Source: Vulcanimicrobiota bacterium
GTDB taxonomy: Bacteria; Vulcanimicrobiota; Vulcanimicrobiia; Vulcanimicrobiales; Vulcanimicrobiaceae
DNA: 64,000 nt
Direction: 5' to 3'
Assembly (NCBI GenBank): GCA_963723515.1
Contig: CAVRQT010000002.1
Location: 160,001 to 224,000 of the forward strand
The number at the start of each line of letters is the position of its first letter. The first letter of the stretch is position 1. Below, piece by piece: positions 9,795 to 21,106 of the stretch. The notes beneath the pieces were generated by a model, which was given only the letters and a program-made list of their open reading frames with translations, did no database searches and was not told the origin of the DNA. The position numbers and the translations under genes were made by a program.

Positions 9795-11000
9795 TCTGCC
9801 AGAATCTCGCCGAGAGAACCGCAGAAACCCTCAATTTCTTTTTCATCACTCGAGAGCGGTGGAACGAACTGAATGACATCGCCGATTGGCCGCGTGAAGT
9901 AGCCGCGTTCAAAGAGTCGGTCGGCAACGATCCACGCCGCTCTCCGAGGATCCGCGCCTGTAAACCGCTCCGCCTCCAGCTCGATTCCGCACATCAAACC
10001 CTCACAGCGAACATCCCGTACGTTCGTCAGCCGCCTTAACGCGAGCAACTCGCGTTCAAGCGTCGCCGTCAACGCGGTCGTCCGTTGCAAAGAACGCTCG
10101 CGCTGGAGAATTCCGAGGTTGGCTAAGGCAGCGGCGCATGCGATCGGATTGCCGGCATACGAATGGCCGTGGAAGAGCTGCTTGTCTTCGCTACGCGCTC
10201 CAAGGAAGGCCCCATAGATTCGTTCGCTGGTCAGCGTCGCTGAGAGCGGCAAGGCGCCCCCCGTGACGCTCTTTCCCAGGCAGATGATGTCCGGCCGCAA
10301 CGCTAGTTTCTCGAAGGCGAACATCGTCCCGGTTCGTCCGAATCCGGTCGCGATTTCATCGACGATCAAGAGCGCAGAACGCCGGTTCAAGCAATCGTAA
10401 GTCTCTCGCGGGACGATCCGCATTCCGGCGGCGGCTTGCACGATCGGTTCGACGATAAATGCGGCGACGTCATCATCGCGATCGATTCCCTCGGTTAAAC
10501 AGCGCGTCTCAAATGTAATTGCGGAAAAGCGACGACTTAAAAATGGAGATGTCCGAGACGCTCATCGCCCCCGTCGTATCCCCGTGGTATGCATCGACGA
10601 GGTGCACGAAACGCGTGCGTTGCGGGTCGCCGCGCTCTTGCCAAAAATGTACGGCGATCTTTAAGGCCGCTTCGACCGCGCTTGCACCATCTGACGCAAA
10701 GAAGACATGCTGCAGACCGGTCAGCGCACTGAGCTGCTCCGCCAGTTCTTCCGCGCGCGGATGGGTGGCGCCAAGCAGCGTACTGTGATCCAGCGTGCGC
10801 GCCTGCGTGCCTATCGCGGTCGCAATTTCAGGATGACAGTGCCCGTGCAAAATGGTCCAAACCGAGGAGATCGCATCGAAAATCCGGCGGCCGTGCGCAT
10901 CGATCAGGTAGTTGCCTTCGCCGCGCACGAACGAGCGCGCAGCGGCGTCGAACTCCGCCATCTGCGTGAAAGGCAACCAAAGGTGAGAACGATTCTTTAC
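9791..11000 (-). CDS. bioA: Adenosylmethionine-8-amino-7-oxononanoate transaminase (frameshift near 10530; start uncertain)
   Basis: HLWLPFTQM, SDGASAVEAALK, YHGDT, DEIATGFGRTG, HGHSYAGNP. Confidence 0.9.
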
Positions 11001-11024
11001 TGTTAGAATTGAAGAAGAGGCGGC

Positions 11025-11538
11025 TTAAGCGCCGCCGCAGCCGTGCTCGGTATTGCTCCCGAGGTACGCGCGACGGCGTTGGTAATCGTAGACGCGAAAG
11101 ATATAGCCGCGCGCATCAGTATCAGGATTGCAAACCCACCGTTTTGCCTGCGCATCATACTGTGGTATCGGATAACTCATCAGGCAGACCTGAACCGGGT
11201 CGCCGGGCTTCTCGCTCATCATCAGCGCATTGTCCGCTTCATTCTGATAGTGAACGACAGACGGTGAAAACCCGTGCGGCGTGTTGATGAACTTATAACC
11301 GCGCGGGATCTTAAAACTGACCTCGACGCCGCTCGCAAAATCCGCTTTGGTCCATCTGTTGTCCGTACCGCCTGTTAAGCGCGGTGCGACTTCGGAGACC
11401 GGGCTCTTGTGCAAGGGACGCTTAGTCCGGTCCATGCGCCGCCCGCAACGGCGTAATCGTGGACCGGTTCATCTTGGGCCGCCGCTGCGGCGCGCGATCA
11501 GCCAGGAGCAGGAGCATCAGGAAGGCGCTAGCTTTCAA
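11025..11538 (-). CDS. Hypothetical secreted protein (frameshifted in the 5' part)
   Basis: TTG at 11538 gives MKASAFLMLLLLA (signal-like); 136-aa C-terminal ORF ends H.CGGA. Confidence 0.55.
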
Positions 11539-12061
11539 CGCGCTCTTCGATCGAGACGTTATACAGGAATAAGAACTTGTGCCACTCGCCCGGGAAGGTG
11601 TTGCGCTTGATCTGAATCCACGGGATGTACTTGGGCTGCTTCGGCTTGCGCAACAGTGTCATGTTCGCATGCTCCGGCATGCGGTTGTTCTTGCGATTGT
11701 TGCAGTTCATGCAAGCGCAGGCGAGGTTCTCCCACGTCGAAGGGCCGCCTCGGCAACGCGGGATCACGTGATCGACCGTCATCAGCCGTTCCCCGCGCAT
11801 ACCGCAATACTGACAGGTGTAGTCGTCGCGCAACAGAATGTTCTTCTTAGTCAGCGCCACTTTTTGCATCGGCCGGCGGATATAGTACAGCATTCGAATG
11901 ATCGACGGCATCCGCATCTCAAAACTCGGCGAGCACAGCCGGCGATCATCGCGGCCATGAACGACTTCCGCTTTCCCGGCGAAGATCAACTTCACTGCGC
12001 GTTGAAAATTCGTAATGTTGAGCGCTTCGTAGGTGAAGTTGAGCACGAGGACTTCGCTCAC
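11528..12061 (-). CDS. HNH endonuclease (McrA-like)
   Basis: VLVLN, RDDYTCQYCG, TVDHVIP, WENL..AC..CN.RK. Confidence 0.9.
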   Translation of the reverse strand: MSEVLVLNFTYEALNITNFQRAVKLIFAGKAEVVHGRDDRRLCSPSFEMRMPSIIRMLYYIRRPMQKVALTKKNILLRDDYTCQYCGMRGERLMTVDHVIPRCRGGPSTWENLACACMNCNNRKNNRMPEHANMTLLRKPKQPKYIPWIQIKRNTFPGEWHKFLFLYNVSIEERVES

Positions 12062-12155
12062 TTTCGTCTCGGCCCCGCAACAAGACAACACCAGAGCGCG
12101 AGGGCGATGTAAAGCATGCCGCTCACTGGCGCCGCCTTCTTAGCGAAAGCGAGAC

Positions 12156-12448
12156 TCACAGGCCTCGCTTCTTGACGAACGTCATTCGCGATTCGGTTAG
12201 CATCTGCGTGATCGCCAACCGCTCTTGTGGCCTGAGTCTTTCTTTGACACGTTCGAAAGTGGCGCTCGCAACGTCGATCGCGATTTCGGCGGAAGCCAGA
12301 TCCGCCTTTTTCTCTTCGCTGTCAGATAAATAGGCGTGCGCCGCAAGGGAGAGCGTTGCGATCACTTCAGTCAATAACGGTTCAACGTCCGGAATCTGGC
12401 CTTGAAAACCGGCCGCTCAGCGTCATGTGGAGGCGCCTGCGAGCTCAT
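12156..12448 (-). CDS. Small hypothetical protein, DUF1844-like (probable frameshift near 12405)
   Basis: DLASAEIAID...L...E...L..RM.FV pattern; ATG at 12448 just after pdxT. Confidence 0.5.
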
Positions 12449-12459
12449 CGCGGCTGGAC

Positions 12460-13083
12460 TTACGCGGGGCGGGCGAGCTTCCCTATGGCGGCTGCGTCAC
12501 GCACGATATCGATGAAGTATCGGTGCAGACGCCGATCCGTCGTCAATTCCGGATGGAATGAGGACCCTAAGATGCGTCCTTGCCGCACGAGCACGCCGTG
12601 CCCCTCGACCGTTGCAAGAACGCGAACCTGCGGTCCACTCTCTTCGATCCACGGCGCGCGAATGAAGATCGCCGGAAACTGCGACGCTCCAAGTTCGGGA
12701 ATGTCGAGTTCGATTTCGCCGGATGCAATCTGACGGCCGAAGGCGTTGCGGCGTACCGAAACATCGAGCAGACCAAGCGTCGGCTGATCCGGAAGCTCGG
12801 CGATCGCGCGCGATACGACGATCAGCCCCATGCATGTTCCCCAAAGCGGCATTCCGCCGCCGACCCGATCTTTGATCGGCCTTGAAAGGTCCGTCCGTTG
12901 CAACAACTTGACAACCGTTGTCGACTCCCCGCCGGGAATGACAAGACCATGGACGCGCTCAAAGTCGGCGAGCGTCTTGACCGCGATCGCGTCTGCGCCG
13001 GCTTCATGTAATGCTGCAAGGTGTTCGCTGACGTCGCCCTGCAGCGCGAGAACGCCGACGCGAACGGGACGGATTTCTTTCAC
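12460..13083 (-). CDS. pdxT: PLP synthase glutaminase subunit
   Basis: [31 protein letters not shown]. Confidence 0.95.
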   Translation of the reverse strand: MKEIRPVRVGVLALQGDVSEHLAALHEAGADAIAVKTLADFERVHGLVIPGGESTTVVKLLQRTDLSRPIKDRVGGGMPLWGTCMGLIVVSRAIAELPDQPTLGLLDVSVRRNAFGRQIASGEIELDIPELGASQFPAIFIRAPWIEESGPQVRVLATVEGHGVLVRQGRILGSSFHPELTTDRRLHRYFIDIVRDAAAIGKLARPA

Positions 13084-13978
13084 TTAATTGCCGCGCGGCG
13101 CGAGCAATTCGGACGGCGGCAGCTTGCGAATGTCGATGCCTTCCATCGCCGTTCCGCGAGAGCGATTTCGATGCCGCAACGATCACCTTTGGATCTTCGA
13201 ACTGCGTTGTCGCGTCCACGATCGCTTTCGCGAATGCGCGCGGATTGCTGGACTTAAAGATTCCGCTGCCGACGAAGATGCCTTCCGCGCCAAGCTGCAT
13301 CATCAGCGCCGCATCCGCCGGCGTTGAAACACCGCCCGCGCAAAAGAGCACCACCGGCAATTTGCCGAGTTCGGCAACCTCTTCAACCAATTCAAGCGGC
13401 GCCCCGAGCGCGCGCGCGCGCGTCACCAGTTCCTCTTTCGGAACGATGCTCAGCTCCGCGATGCCATCCTTGATTGACCGCATGTGCCGAACCGCTTCGA
13501 CGATGTTGCCGCTGCCGGCTTCACCCTTGCTGCGGATCATCGAAGCACCTTCAGCGATGCGGCGCAGCGCTTCTCCTAAATTGCGCGCTCCGCAGACGAA
13601 CGGCACTTTGAAATCGTGCTTGCGCACGTGGTACTTATCGTCAGCCGGCGTCAGAACTTCCGATTCGTCGATGAAATCGACGCCGAGTTCTTGCAGGGCC
13701 TGCGCCTCCGCGAAGTGGCCGATGCGCACTTTCGCCATGACGGGAATCGTCACGGCATCCATGATGCGCTGAACGAGTTCGAGATCGCTCATGCGTGCGA
13801 CGCCACCCGCCGCTCGTATGTCGGCGGGAATGCGCTCGAGCGCCATTACCGCGACCGCGCCGGCCTCTTGCGCGATGACCGCGTGTTCCGGCGTGACGAC
13901 GTCCATAATGACGCCGCCTTTGAGCATTTGAGCGAGGCCGCGCTTTACGGTGAGCGTGCCGGTCTTAATTTCTCCCAT
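13084..13978 (-). CDS. pdxS: PLP synthase lyase subunit (frameshift near 13165; true stop at 13084)
   Basis: [34 protein letters not shown]; second frame ends MEGIDIR...ARGN*. Confidence 0.95.
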
Positions 13979-14021
13979 ACTTATCTATTCAACACCGCCG
14001 ACTGAAAAGACGTTGTGAGCG

Positions 14022-14507
14022 TTACGGAGGGGGCGGCTGGGGGCCAATCGGCGCCGAGGGCTGCGCGGAAGCGCGCGGCGATCCGCTGGCGCCCGGGCTG
14101 CCGCTCGGGCTCGGGCTCGGTGAAGCGCGCGGCGTCGGTACCGGCGCGGGCGTGAGGATCGGCATCGGAGTCGGCGTCGGCGTTGCCGTTCTCACCGGCT
14201 GAGGCGTCGGTTTCGGCGTCGGCTCAGGTGTTGGCAGAGGGACCGGCGGAACGCGCGGATCGGGGAAACCAGGATCCGGAGCCGCGGCGAGCACTTGCGT
14301 TCGCTTCCAGTTTGGCCCGAACGGCACAGCACCCGATGCGGCGGGCGCAGGCGTGATCAATAAGGTATTGCCGGCGCCGGTGAGACCTTGCTCTGTAACG
14401 CGCAACATGACGCGATCGCCCATCGCCTTACCGACAAAAATGGCGATGATCAATAGCGCCGCTCCGGCCAAAAGAACGACGGTCAGGCGCCGTCTTTGCG
14501 GATCCAC
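14022..14507 (-). CDS. Membrane-anchored Pro/Thr/Ser-rich protein
   Basis: N-terminal hydrophobic helix then PT/SP low-complexity tail. Confidence 0.65.
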   Translation of the reverse strand: MDPQRRRLTVVLLAGAALLIIAIFVGKAMGDRVMLRVTEQGLTGAGNTLLITPAPAASGAVPFGPNWKRTQVLAAAPDPGFPDPRVPPVPLPTPEPTPKPTPQPVRTATPTPTPMPILTPAPVPTPRASPSPSPSGSPGASGSPRASAQPSAPIGPQPPPP

Positions 14508-14520
14508 GTTCTACGAACTT

Positions 14521-16962
14521 CTAGACGCGCGCCATTTCGGCTTGCGTGTCGCGTGGCGCGGCCATTGCTTCTTCATCGTGCGGCTCCCCGATTAGTGCTA
14601 ACTGAACGAGCTCACCTGCCACCAATCGTGCGCGCTGTGTGATGCCGCGAAACTCAACGGTGACATTTCGCGGCCGATCCTTCAGATTGCAAAGAAAGAC
14701 GCGCACGCTACCGTCGTTTCCCTGAAACGCAACGGCTCCGACATCGACCGGTGATGTAACCGCTTCATCACTAACATCGGTTCCCGCGTAGATGCATCGA
14801 AACGGCTCTTCAGCCGATAGCTCCGGCATATTTCCAAAAATGACGCTGCGTTCAAGATCGATGACATAGGTGCAACGCCGGCCGCCCCACCGCACCCGCA
14901 CTCCCGCCACCCATTTCCATTCTTTCGGTACGATCGGGGCGAGATGCGGGCGGCCCGTCGTTCGGTAGCCGTCGAGCCCCCCGACGGTCTCGGCGACGAC
15001 CCACAAATATTTTGCGCTCGTCCAAGGCGAGAGGTACATGCCGCGATTTGTCAGCGATCCACCGTCGAACCACTCGGCGAACTCGCCCGGAACCGTATTG
15101 CGCGGCGAACCCGCCTCCATCGCTTCATAAACGCTTTCCAACCACTGGATGGCGTGATCCGTCATTCCGTTGCGCGCCAAAACGAAAGCGAACCACAGCG
15201 TCAGATCGGGCCAAATGCCGCCGAGCAGACCGAATCCATGCGATGGGAAATACCAGGAGTCCGCCGTGGAAATCGTTCGCAAGCCGACCTGCGTTACAAA
15301 ATCCGTCTCACTCAAACGCCGCAGTATCGCCCGCCGCTGCTCGGCGCTGGCGATATCGAACATGACCGGGAAGACTTCATCCGCAGTAAAGTTGTCCTGG
15401 TAGTTTTGGTCTTGATCGTAATTAAGGACAAATGCGCCAGTATCGTCGTTAAAGAGATACTGCATCATACGCTCGCGCAGCGTCTGCGCTTCGCGCGAGT
15501 AGCGTTCCCAGTGCTCGTTCGATCCGGCAACTGCGGCCAGCATCGCTGCCGCTTGCAGCGCAAAGACCGCTTCCGCGTTGATCTCCGTTACGGCGCCGTC
15601 CAGCGTGTAGTACGGAATAATGTTACGCCACGAGCTGATTCCGAACATATCGACGCCGCTCGCGCGGCAGAAGACCAATCCGTTCTGATCGCGTTGCGAA
15701 AGCAGATAGTCCGCCGTCTTTATGACAAAGGACAGGTTCTTCTTCACCCATTCGTCGTCCAGCGTCGCGTTGTAGTGGTGCAGCATCGCGATCAAATGCA
15801 GCGGCGTATCGTCATTGATGTTCAGATCGTACGAGGTTTTGAATCCGCTGACGCCGCGCACGTACTCGACCATTTGGCCGCTCTCTTCTGCGAAGCGGTT
15901 GAAGAGCTCAAGCGCATCACGGCTAAATCGCGGCAAGAAGTAATCGAATCCGTGAACGAACCACGACGTGTCGCGCGAGACGAGGATGTCGGACGGCGGC
16001 GAATTCGTCGCGCCGTACCCTTGCGGATACTCTTTGATCGTCCGCAGCATGTTGCATTTCGCCCAGACGACGCCGCGGCTGATCGTTGGTGACGGCGTCA
16101 TGAACCGCGCGTCAGCGAGCGTCTGTCCAAAGTAACGCTGCGTTTCGTGGAGCGCCTTTGGATCTCGCAAGAGCCGCTCGAGCGCCGCTTTGACGCCTTC
16201 GGACTCCCCTTTGCGAAAGACCACCGCGAGCCGCAGCGACTCACGCGCTCCCGGGCCGACGGTGATGCGATGCTCGAACGCACCGAAGATGCGCCGGCTC
16301 ACGCACTCGGCGAGCGAAGGCGAAACCTCTTCTAAGTGTTCTTGCGGCCGAAGCGAGCCGCGAGCCATGTTGTGCAGCAAGACTTGCTCTCGCAGCGCAA
16401 CGACAGCCGCATGCGGTTCGCGGGACGCTCCCCACCAGCGCACGGCACCGGTTTCTTCGTTGTGCGAGCAGATGAACGGACCGTTGACGGTCGCGCGTAC
16501 TTGATGTTCGGGTTCGCCGTAAAACCGTTGTCCAACGAGCAACGCCCACGCAAAGACGCCGACTTCGAGCGGCTCACGTCCGGGATTGTAAAGCGTCACG
16601 TCGACGACGAAGCTAACGGTGCGCTCATGTTGCGCGCCGCTGGGAACATAGAAGGCTTCGGTTATGTGCAGACGGTTCGCAAGCGTGAACTCAGAGATTT
16701 GCGCATACGGCAAAAACGTGAATTCACGGGAGATCTGATGCGGAAAAAACGTTTGCGATGGATCGCGCAGATGGTACGCGATCTGATGCGTCCCAAAGAT
16801 GATCTGGTCCGTATCCGCGTCCCAGAGCCCGCGAACGCCGCCTTTGGCCGTCGATTGCGCGAATGCTTTGAGATTACCGAGCAGCAGGCCGTAGGGTGTT
16901 TGCGCCTCCGGAAGGACGTACGCGCAGTACTCGTTGTGCTGCGCATCGTAACTGGGGCCCAT
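14521..16962 (-). CDS. Glycogen-debranching/amylo-alpha-1,6-glucosidase-like glycoside hydrolase
   Basis: 813 aa; SRDTSWF, DDTPL, TEINA, GLRT, GGIWP, FAEWF motifs of (alpha/alpha)6 GDE-like domains. Confidence 0.75.
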   Translation of the reverse strand: MGPSYDAQHNEYCAYVLPEAQTPYGLLLGNLKAFAQSTAKGGVRGLWDADTDQIIFGTHQIAYHLRDPSQTFFPHQISREFTFLPYAQISEFTLANRLHITEAFYVPSGAQHERTVSFVVDVTLYNPGREPLEVGVFAWALLVGQRFYGEPEHQVRATVNGPFICSHNEETGAVRWWGASREPHAAVVALREQVLLHNMARGSLRPQEHLEEVSPSLAECVSRRIFGAFEHRITVGPGARESLRLAVVFRKGESEGVKAALERLLRDPKALHETQRYFGQTLADARFMTPSPTISRGVVWAKCNMLRTIKEYPQGYGATNSPPSDILVSRDTSWFVHGFDYFLPRFSRDALELFNRFAEESGQMVEYVRGVSGFKTSYDLNINDDTPLHLIAMLHHYNATLDDEWVKKNLSFVIKTADYLLSQRDQNGLVFCRASGVDMFGISSWRNIIPYYTLDGAVTEINAEAVFALQAAAMLAAVAGSNEHWERYSREAQTLRERMMQYLFNDDTGAFVLNYDQDQNYQDNFTADEVFPVMFDIASAEQRRAILRRLSETDFVTQVGLRTISTADSWYFPSHGFGLLGGIWPDLTLWFAFVLARNGMTDHAIQWLESVYEAMEAGSPRNTVPGEFAEWFDGGSLTNRGMYLSPWTSAKYLWVVAETVGGLDGYRTTGRPHLAPIVPKEWKWVAGVRVRWGGRRCTYVIDLERSVIFGNMPELSAEEPFRCIYAGTDVSDEAVTSPVDVGAVAFQGNDGSVRVFLCNLKDRPRNVTVEFRGITQRARLVAGELVQLALIGEPHDEEAMAAPRDTQAEMARV

Positions 16963-17050
16963 TTTGCGGTGGACTACGCTTCAGGTGTCGCCGAACCTGT
17001 CGCGCTTTGCTGAAGATGATTTGCATGTCAGACTGCAGGACTAAGCGAGC

Positions 17051-17836
17051 GTGCCCGTCTTACTCGCGCCCGCGAAGATCAATCTGACGCTCGAGGTTCT
17101 TGGCCGCCGTCCGGATGGCTACCACCGCTTGCGCAGCGTCGCGGTACCGATCGCACTCTACGATGAAATACATATCGACGAAGAGGCGGGCGGCTTGCAG
17201 TTCAGCTCGGACCACGCCGCTATCGATCCGCAAGATAACTTAATCGTCAAAGCGCTCGCGGCTCTGGAGCTCGCGCGATACGAGTTGCGAGTTTTTCTGA
17301 AGAAGCGAATTCCGATCGGAGCGGGACTTGGCGGCGGATCGAGCGATGCCGCGGCTGTCTTGCTGGCGGCGCGCAATGGCGTCTTTGGAGATGTGGGCGC
17401 GAGAGACTATGTCTCAATTGCGCGAAGGCTTGGCTCAGACGTCCCATTTTTTCTCGCGCAAACAGCCGCGATCGTGGAGGGAACGGGTGAGCGCGTAACG
17501 CCGCTCGGGGCCCTGCCACAGTGGAGCTGCACCGTCGTGCGGCCACCGATCACAATCTCTACCGCGACGGCATACGGCGAATTGCAGCTCGCGCAAGATT
17601 CTCGACCGCGAGATGCATCGGCCACGATCGAACTTGGAGAAGCGCTGCAGCGCGGCGATCTGACGCGGGTTCGCGCGTTGGCGCAAAATGACTTTGAGGC
17701 GTGGGCCGTTGGCAAATTTCCGGAAGTACGAACGGCACTGAAGGCCTTAGCCGAGTGGAGCGGTTTTGCGCGATTGACCGGTTCCGGCTCAGCGGTTTAC
17801 ACGATTTATGACGACGCGCCGGCGGCGATCGCTTGA
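17051..17836 (+). CDS. ispE: 4-diphosphocytidyl-2-C-methyl-D-erythritol kinase
   Basis: APAKINLTL, GYH, IPIGAGLGGGSSDAA, GSDVPFF, TGSGS. Confidence 0.93.
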   Translation: MPVLLAPAKINLTLEVLGRRPDGYHRLRSVAVPIALYDEIHIDEEAGGLQFSSDHAAIDPQDNLIVKALAALELARYELRVFLKKRIPIGAGLGGGSSDAAAVLLAARNGVFGDVGARDYVSIARRLGSDVPFFLAQTAAIVEGTGERVTPLGALPQWSCTVVRPPITISTATAYGELQLAQDSRPRDASATIELGEALQRGDLTRVRALAQNDFEAWAVGKFPEVRTALKALAEWSGFARLTGSGSAVYTIYDDAPAAIA

Positions 17837-17923
17837 TCTTCCGGCCGGGTTCGAGCGATTCGATGCCGGCTTTGTCAGCACGCGAGGTTTGGAGAACACA
17901 AAGCGCATGAAAGGCGGTGCTCG

Positions 17924-18402
17924 ATGTATCTGGCTCTGAAGTTCATCCATGTCTTAGCCGTCATCATCTTCGTCGGCAACATTTCGGTCGGCATCTTGTG
18001 GCGGACCATCGGCGAGCGCACTCGCGATCCGCGGATCATCGCCCATACGATGAAAGGCATTCTCTTGGCGGACAAGTTCTTTACGATTCCGGCGGTTATC
18101 GTACTGTTGCTTGCCGGCTTTGGCGACTGCCGGCGTCGGACATTTGCCGATCTTGGGAACCGGATGGATTCTCTGGAGCTCGATGCTTGTTTGTTCTCTC
18201 CGGCATTTTCTTCGGGCCGGTCGTTCGCTCGCAACGGCAGATGTTAGCCGTTGCTCAAGCCGCGCAGACAAGCGGCGTCATGAATTGGGATGACTACGCG
18301 CGCTGCGCCCGCACTTGGACGATCGCGGGAACGATTGCGCTCGTCGCACCGCTGATCGCGGTCGCATTCATGGTGATCAAACCATCGCTGCCGGCGTTCT
18401 AG
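17924..18402 (+). CDS. DUF2269-like integral membrane protein (frameshift near 18130)
   Basis: YLALKFIHVLA..N-terminus and FMVIKP C-terminus lie in two frames. Confidence 0.7.
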
Positions 18403-18424
18403 CGACCTCAGAAATACGCGCATA

Positions 18425-19190
18425 TTGTCCTTAACCACCGTCGTTCTGGCCGGTGGGCCGCGAGATGAAGTGGCGCAACTTCAGCCCGGTGCGATCAATA
18501 AGGCGTTCGTTGAAGTTGGCGGCAAAGCGCTCGTGACGCCGAACGCTTGAAGCGCTGCGTCAATCTCCATCGGTCGGTAAGTTAATCGTCGTTGCGCCCC
18601 AGCAAATGAGCGAATCGGCGGCGCTTGCGCTTGCGGATGAGATCCGACCGGCCGGCATTCATATCCGCGACAGCTTGGCGAGCGGGCTCGGCGGATTGCC
18701 GCCGGATGAATTGGTTTTATTAAGCGCTTCCGATTTGCCGATGCTTTCGGTAAAGTGCATTGAAGACTTCAGTTCGGGAGCACAACGTAGTGATGCCGAT
18801 TTGGCGTATGCCGTACTCGAGCGCAACATTCACGAGTCGCGCTTTCCCGAGGTGCCGCACACTTGGGCACGCATGCGCGAAGGAACATTTTGCGGAGGCG
18901 GTTTTGTTATGCTCCGGCCGCGCATCTATCCAAGGCTCGCACGCTTCATCGAACGCTTAGGCGCGGCACGCAAGAATCCAATGCACTTGGCATTGCTTTT
19001 TGGACCGGCCGTCCTGCTGAAATTTGCGTTGCGGCGGCTCAGCATTGCCGAAGCCGAGGCGCGTGCTTCCCGCGTTCTGGGCGCAAAAGTGCGCGCGATT
19101 CAATCTTCATTTCCGGAGATGGCAGTCAACGTCGACCGCGCCAGCGACTTCGGGCTAGCCGAACGTCTTCTTAAGAATCTGTCATCCTGA
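18425..19190 (+). CDS. MobA-like NTP transferase family protein (frameshift near 18540)
   Basis: VVLAGG...NKAFVEVGGK N-terminus; SDLP, EGTFCGGG, VNVDR. Confidence 0.75.
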
Positions 19191-19754
19191 GCTCGGCCCG
19201 CTCCAGCGTTTAGAGAGACGGTGCTCGATCCCGAGCAGATCGAGTGCCTTGCCGACAGTTTGCTGGACGATGTCTTCGATTGTCTTCGGTTTTGTATACA
19301 TCGCCGGAACGAGCGGAAGAATAGTGGCCCCGGTCTCCGCGAGCTGAACCAGCGTGCGAAGATGGCCCAGGTGGAGCGGCGTCTCACGTATTCCCAGCAC
19401 GAGTCTCCGCTTCTCTTTCAAACACACATCTGCGGCGCGCACGAGCAGGTTAGTATTGAAAGCGTGGGCGATCGCCGATGCGCTCTTGGTCGAACAGGGC
19501 ATAACGGCCATGCCGTCGGTCATGAACGAGCCGCTCGAAATAGGCGCGGCAAGGTCGCCGTCGTCGTGAACGGCATTGGCCAGCGTTTCGAAATCTTGCC
19601 GGACAAAATCGGTCTCGAGTTCGATCGTGCGCATCGCTGAGGAACTGAGCACGAGATGTGTCTCCACCTCGCGAATCTCGTGCAAAGCACGCAGCAGCGT
19701 GTATCCATAGATGCTTCCGCTCGCGCCGGTGATTCCGACGATGACGCGCCGCAT
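19182..19754 (-). CDS. ubiX: Flavin prenyltransferase
   Basis: VGITGASG, ISSGS, PCS, RAADVCLKE.R, RETPL. Confidence 0.93.
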   Translation of the reverse strand: MRRVIVGITGASGSIYGYTLLRALHEIREVETHLVLSSSAMRTIELETDFVRQDFETLANAVHDDGDLAAPISSGSFMTDGMAVMPCSTKSASAIAHAFNTNLLVRAADVCLKEKRRLVLGIRETPLHLGHLRTLVQLAETGATILPLVPAMYTKPKTIEDIVQQTVGKALDLLGIEHRLSKRWSGPSSG

Positions 19755-19830
19755 GCAAATCGCGTTTAGCATCGGCTGCGCGCTTTCACCTGCAGGGCCG
19801 GCGCGCAGATTATCTTAAGAAAGGAGCAGC

Positions 19831-21106
19831 GTGGTCGGGGCATCCTCAGAGCTGCAAGCGTTTGTTGAGGCGGCGCGGGCGTATCGCACGACCGGCTCCG
19901 ACATCGCGGCGCAGCGGATGTTTCGCTCGGTGTTCTCCGGCGTCGCAAACGACGTTTCCGCAGCGCTTCTTACCGTTCAAACGCCCAACGAAAAGTTCCA
20001 AGACCTTCTTGCAAGCACGCGCGTCGTCTTGGATGCAAGCGATCGTGAAGCGGTAACCAAGTTCGCCCAGCGCTTATCGGCACTACGCGCGGAATCGGAC
20101 GCCGATGCAGTGAGACGCATCTTTGAGCTGCCGGAATACGGCCCGAGCAGCGCGTCATCGGAAGAGACGACGCAAGCCCTGCACGTGCCGGCCGCTGCGA
20201 CGCCCTGAGCCGGCCTTACCGATCACCACTGTGCCGTCGCACTTCAGCGCCTCATCGCTGAACATGCTCGCCGAATGCCGGCGCAAGTGGTTCTATCGCT
20301 ACCTTTGCGGCGCGATCGAGGACGAAGGCTCCTCCGCTTCCTTTTACGGCATCATCTTCCACAATGCGCTCGAAGCGCTGCACAAAGAATTCCCACGCCC
20401 TGCCGACGTCTCGCCGCAAACGCTGCGCAGTAAACTGCAGGGTTATTTGAATTCGGCGTTCGACCGGCATCGCGGCCATTTCGAAACGCAAATCGAATTT
20501 GAACTGCAGCGGCGGCGCGCGCAACGAACCGCAATCCGGTACGTGGAGTGGCTAACCGCCCAGGCAGCGGCGGCGCCATTCAGCGTCATCGGCTGCGAAC
20601 TCGAAGTGAAGCTCGACCTCGACGGCTTCTCGTTCATCGGTTACATCGATCGGCTCGATAAAGACGACCGGACCGCGGGCATCAGCGTGATCGACTACAA
20701 GACCGGCACGATTGTTGCCTCCGCTGAGGATTATCGCGATCGCGTCCGGCGTTTCAAAGACTTTCAGTTGCCCTTTTATTATTGGGCGCGAACGGCGGTT
20801 GGCGATCGCGTTACGCGCTTGGCACTGATTCCGCTTAAGGATGCGCTCGACGACGTCGCGCCGGTGACCCTGGAAGTTGTGCCGCTCTCACTCGATGCAA
20901 CGCGCTCGCAAAGCACCTTCGGGCGAATCTCGATCGAGGAGCTCGAGCGGGCACGAACGCGCATGGTGGAGATGTGCCGCGAAGTGAGCGCCGGTTTCCT
21001 GGAGCGCTTCGATGAAACCACAGACGCCGCGGCATGCCGCTACTGCGCGTATGAGATCGCGTGCGCGGGCCGGCCCTACCCGCTCGAAAATCACTTCGCG
21101 CGATGA
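19831..21106 (+). CDS. RecB/AddB-family PD-(D/E)XK nuclease with predicted Fe-S cluster (probable frameshift near 20200 joining two ORFs)
   Basis: FSASSL...C.RKW, G..FH, E, GYIDRLD, VIDYKTG, QL.FY, CRYC....AC. Confidence 0.8.

Noticed and set aside
11528..12061. HNH nuclease as Cas9/IscB, homing or defence system
   Set aside because: Short stand-alone McrA-like HNH without RuvC, intron context, methylase or array
14022..14260. Short GGCGTC/GGGCTC-type tandem repeats
   Set aside because: They encode the Pro-Thr/Ser-Pro linker of the membrane protein
14944..16092. Long antisense ORFs (also 34971-35699, 62589-63668, 47256-48152)
   Set aside because: Shadow ORFs opposite well-supported genes in high-GC DNA
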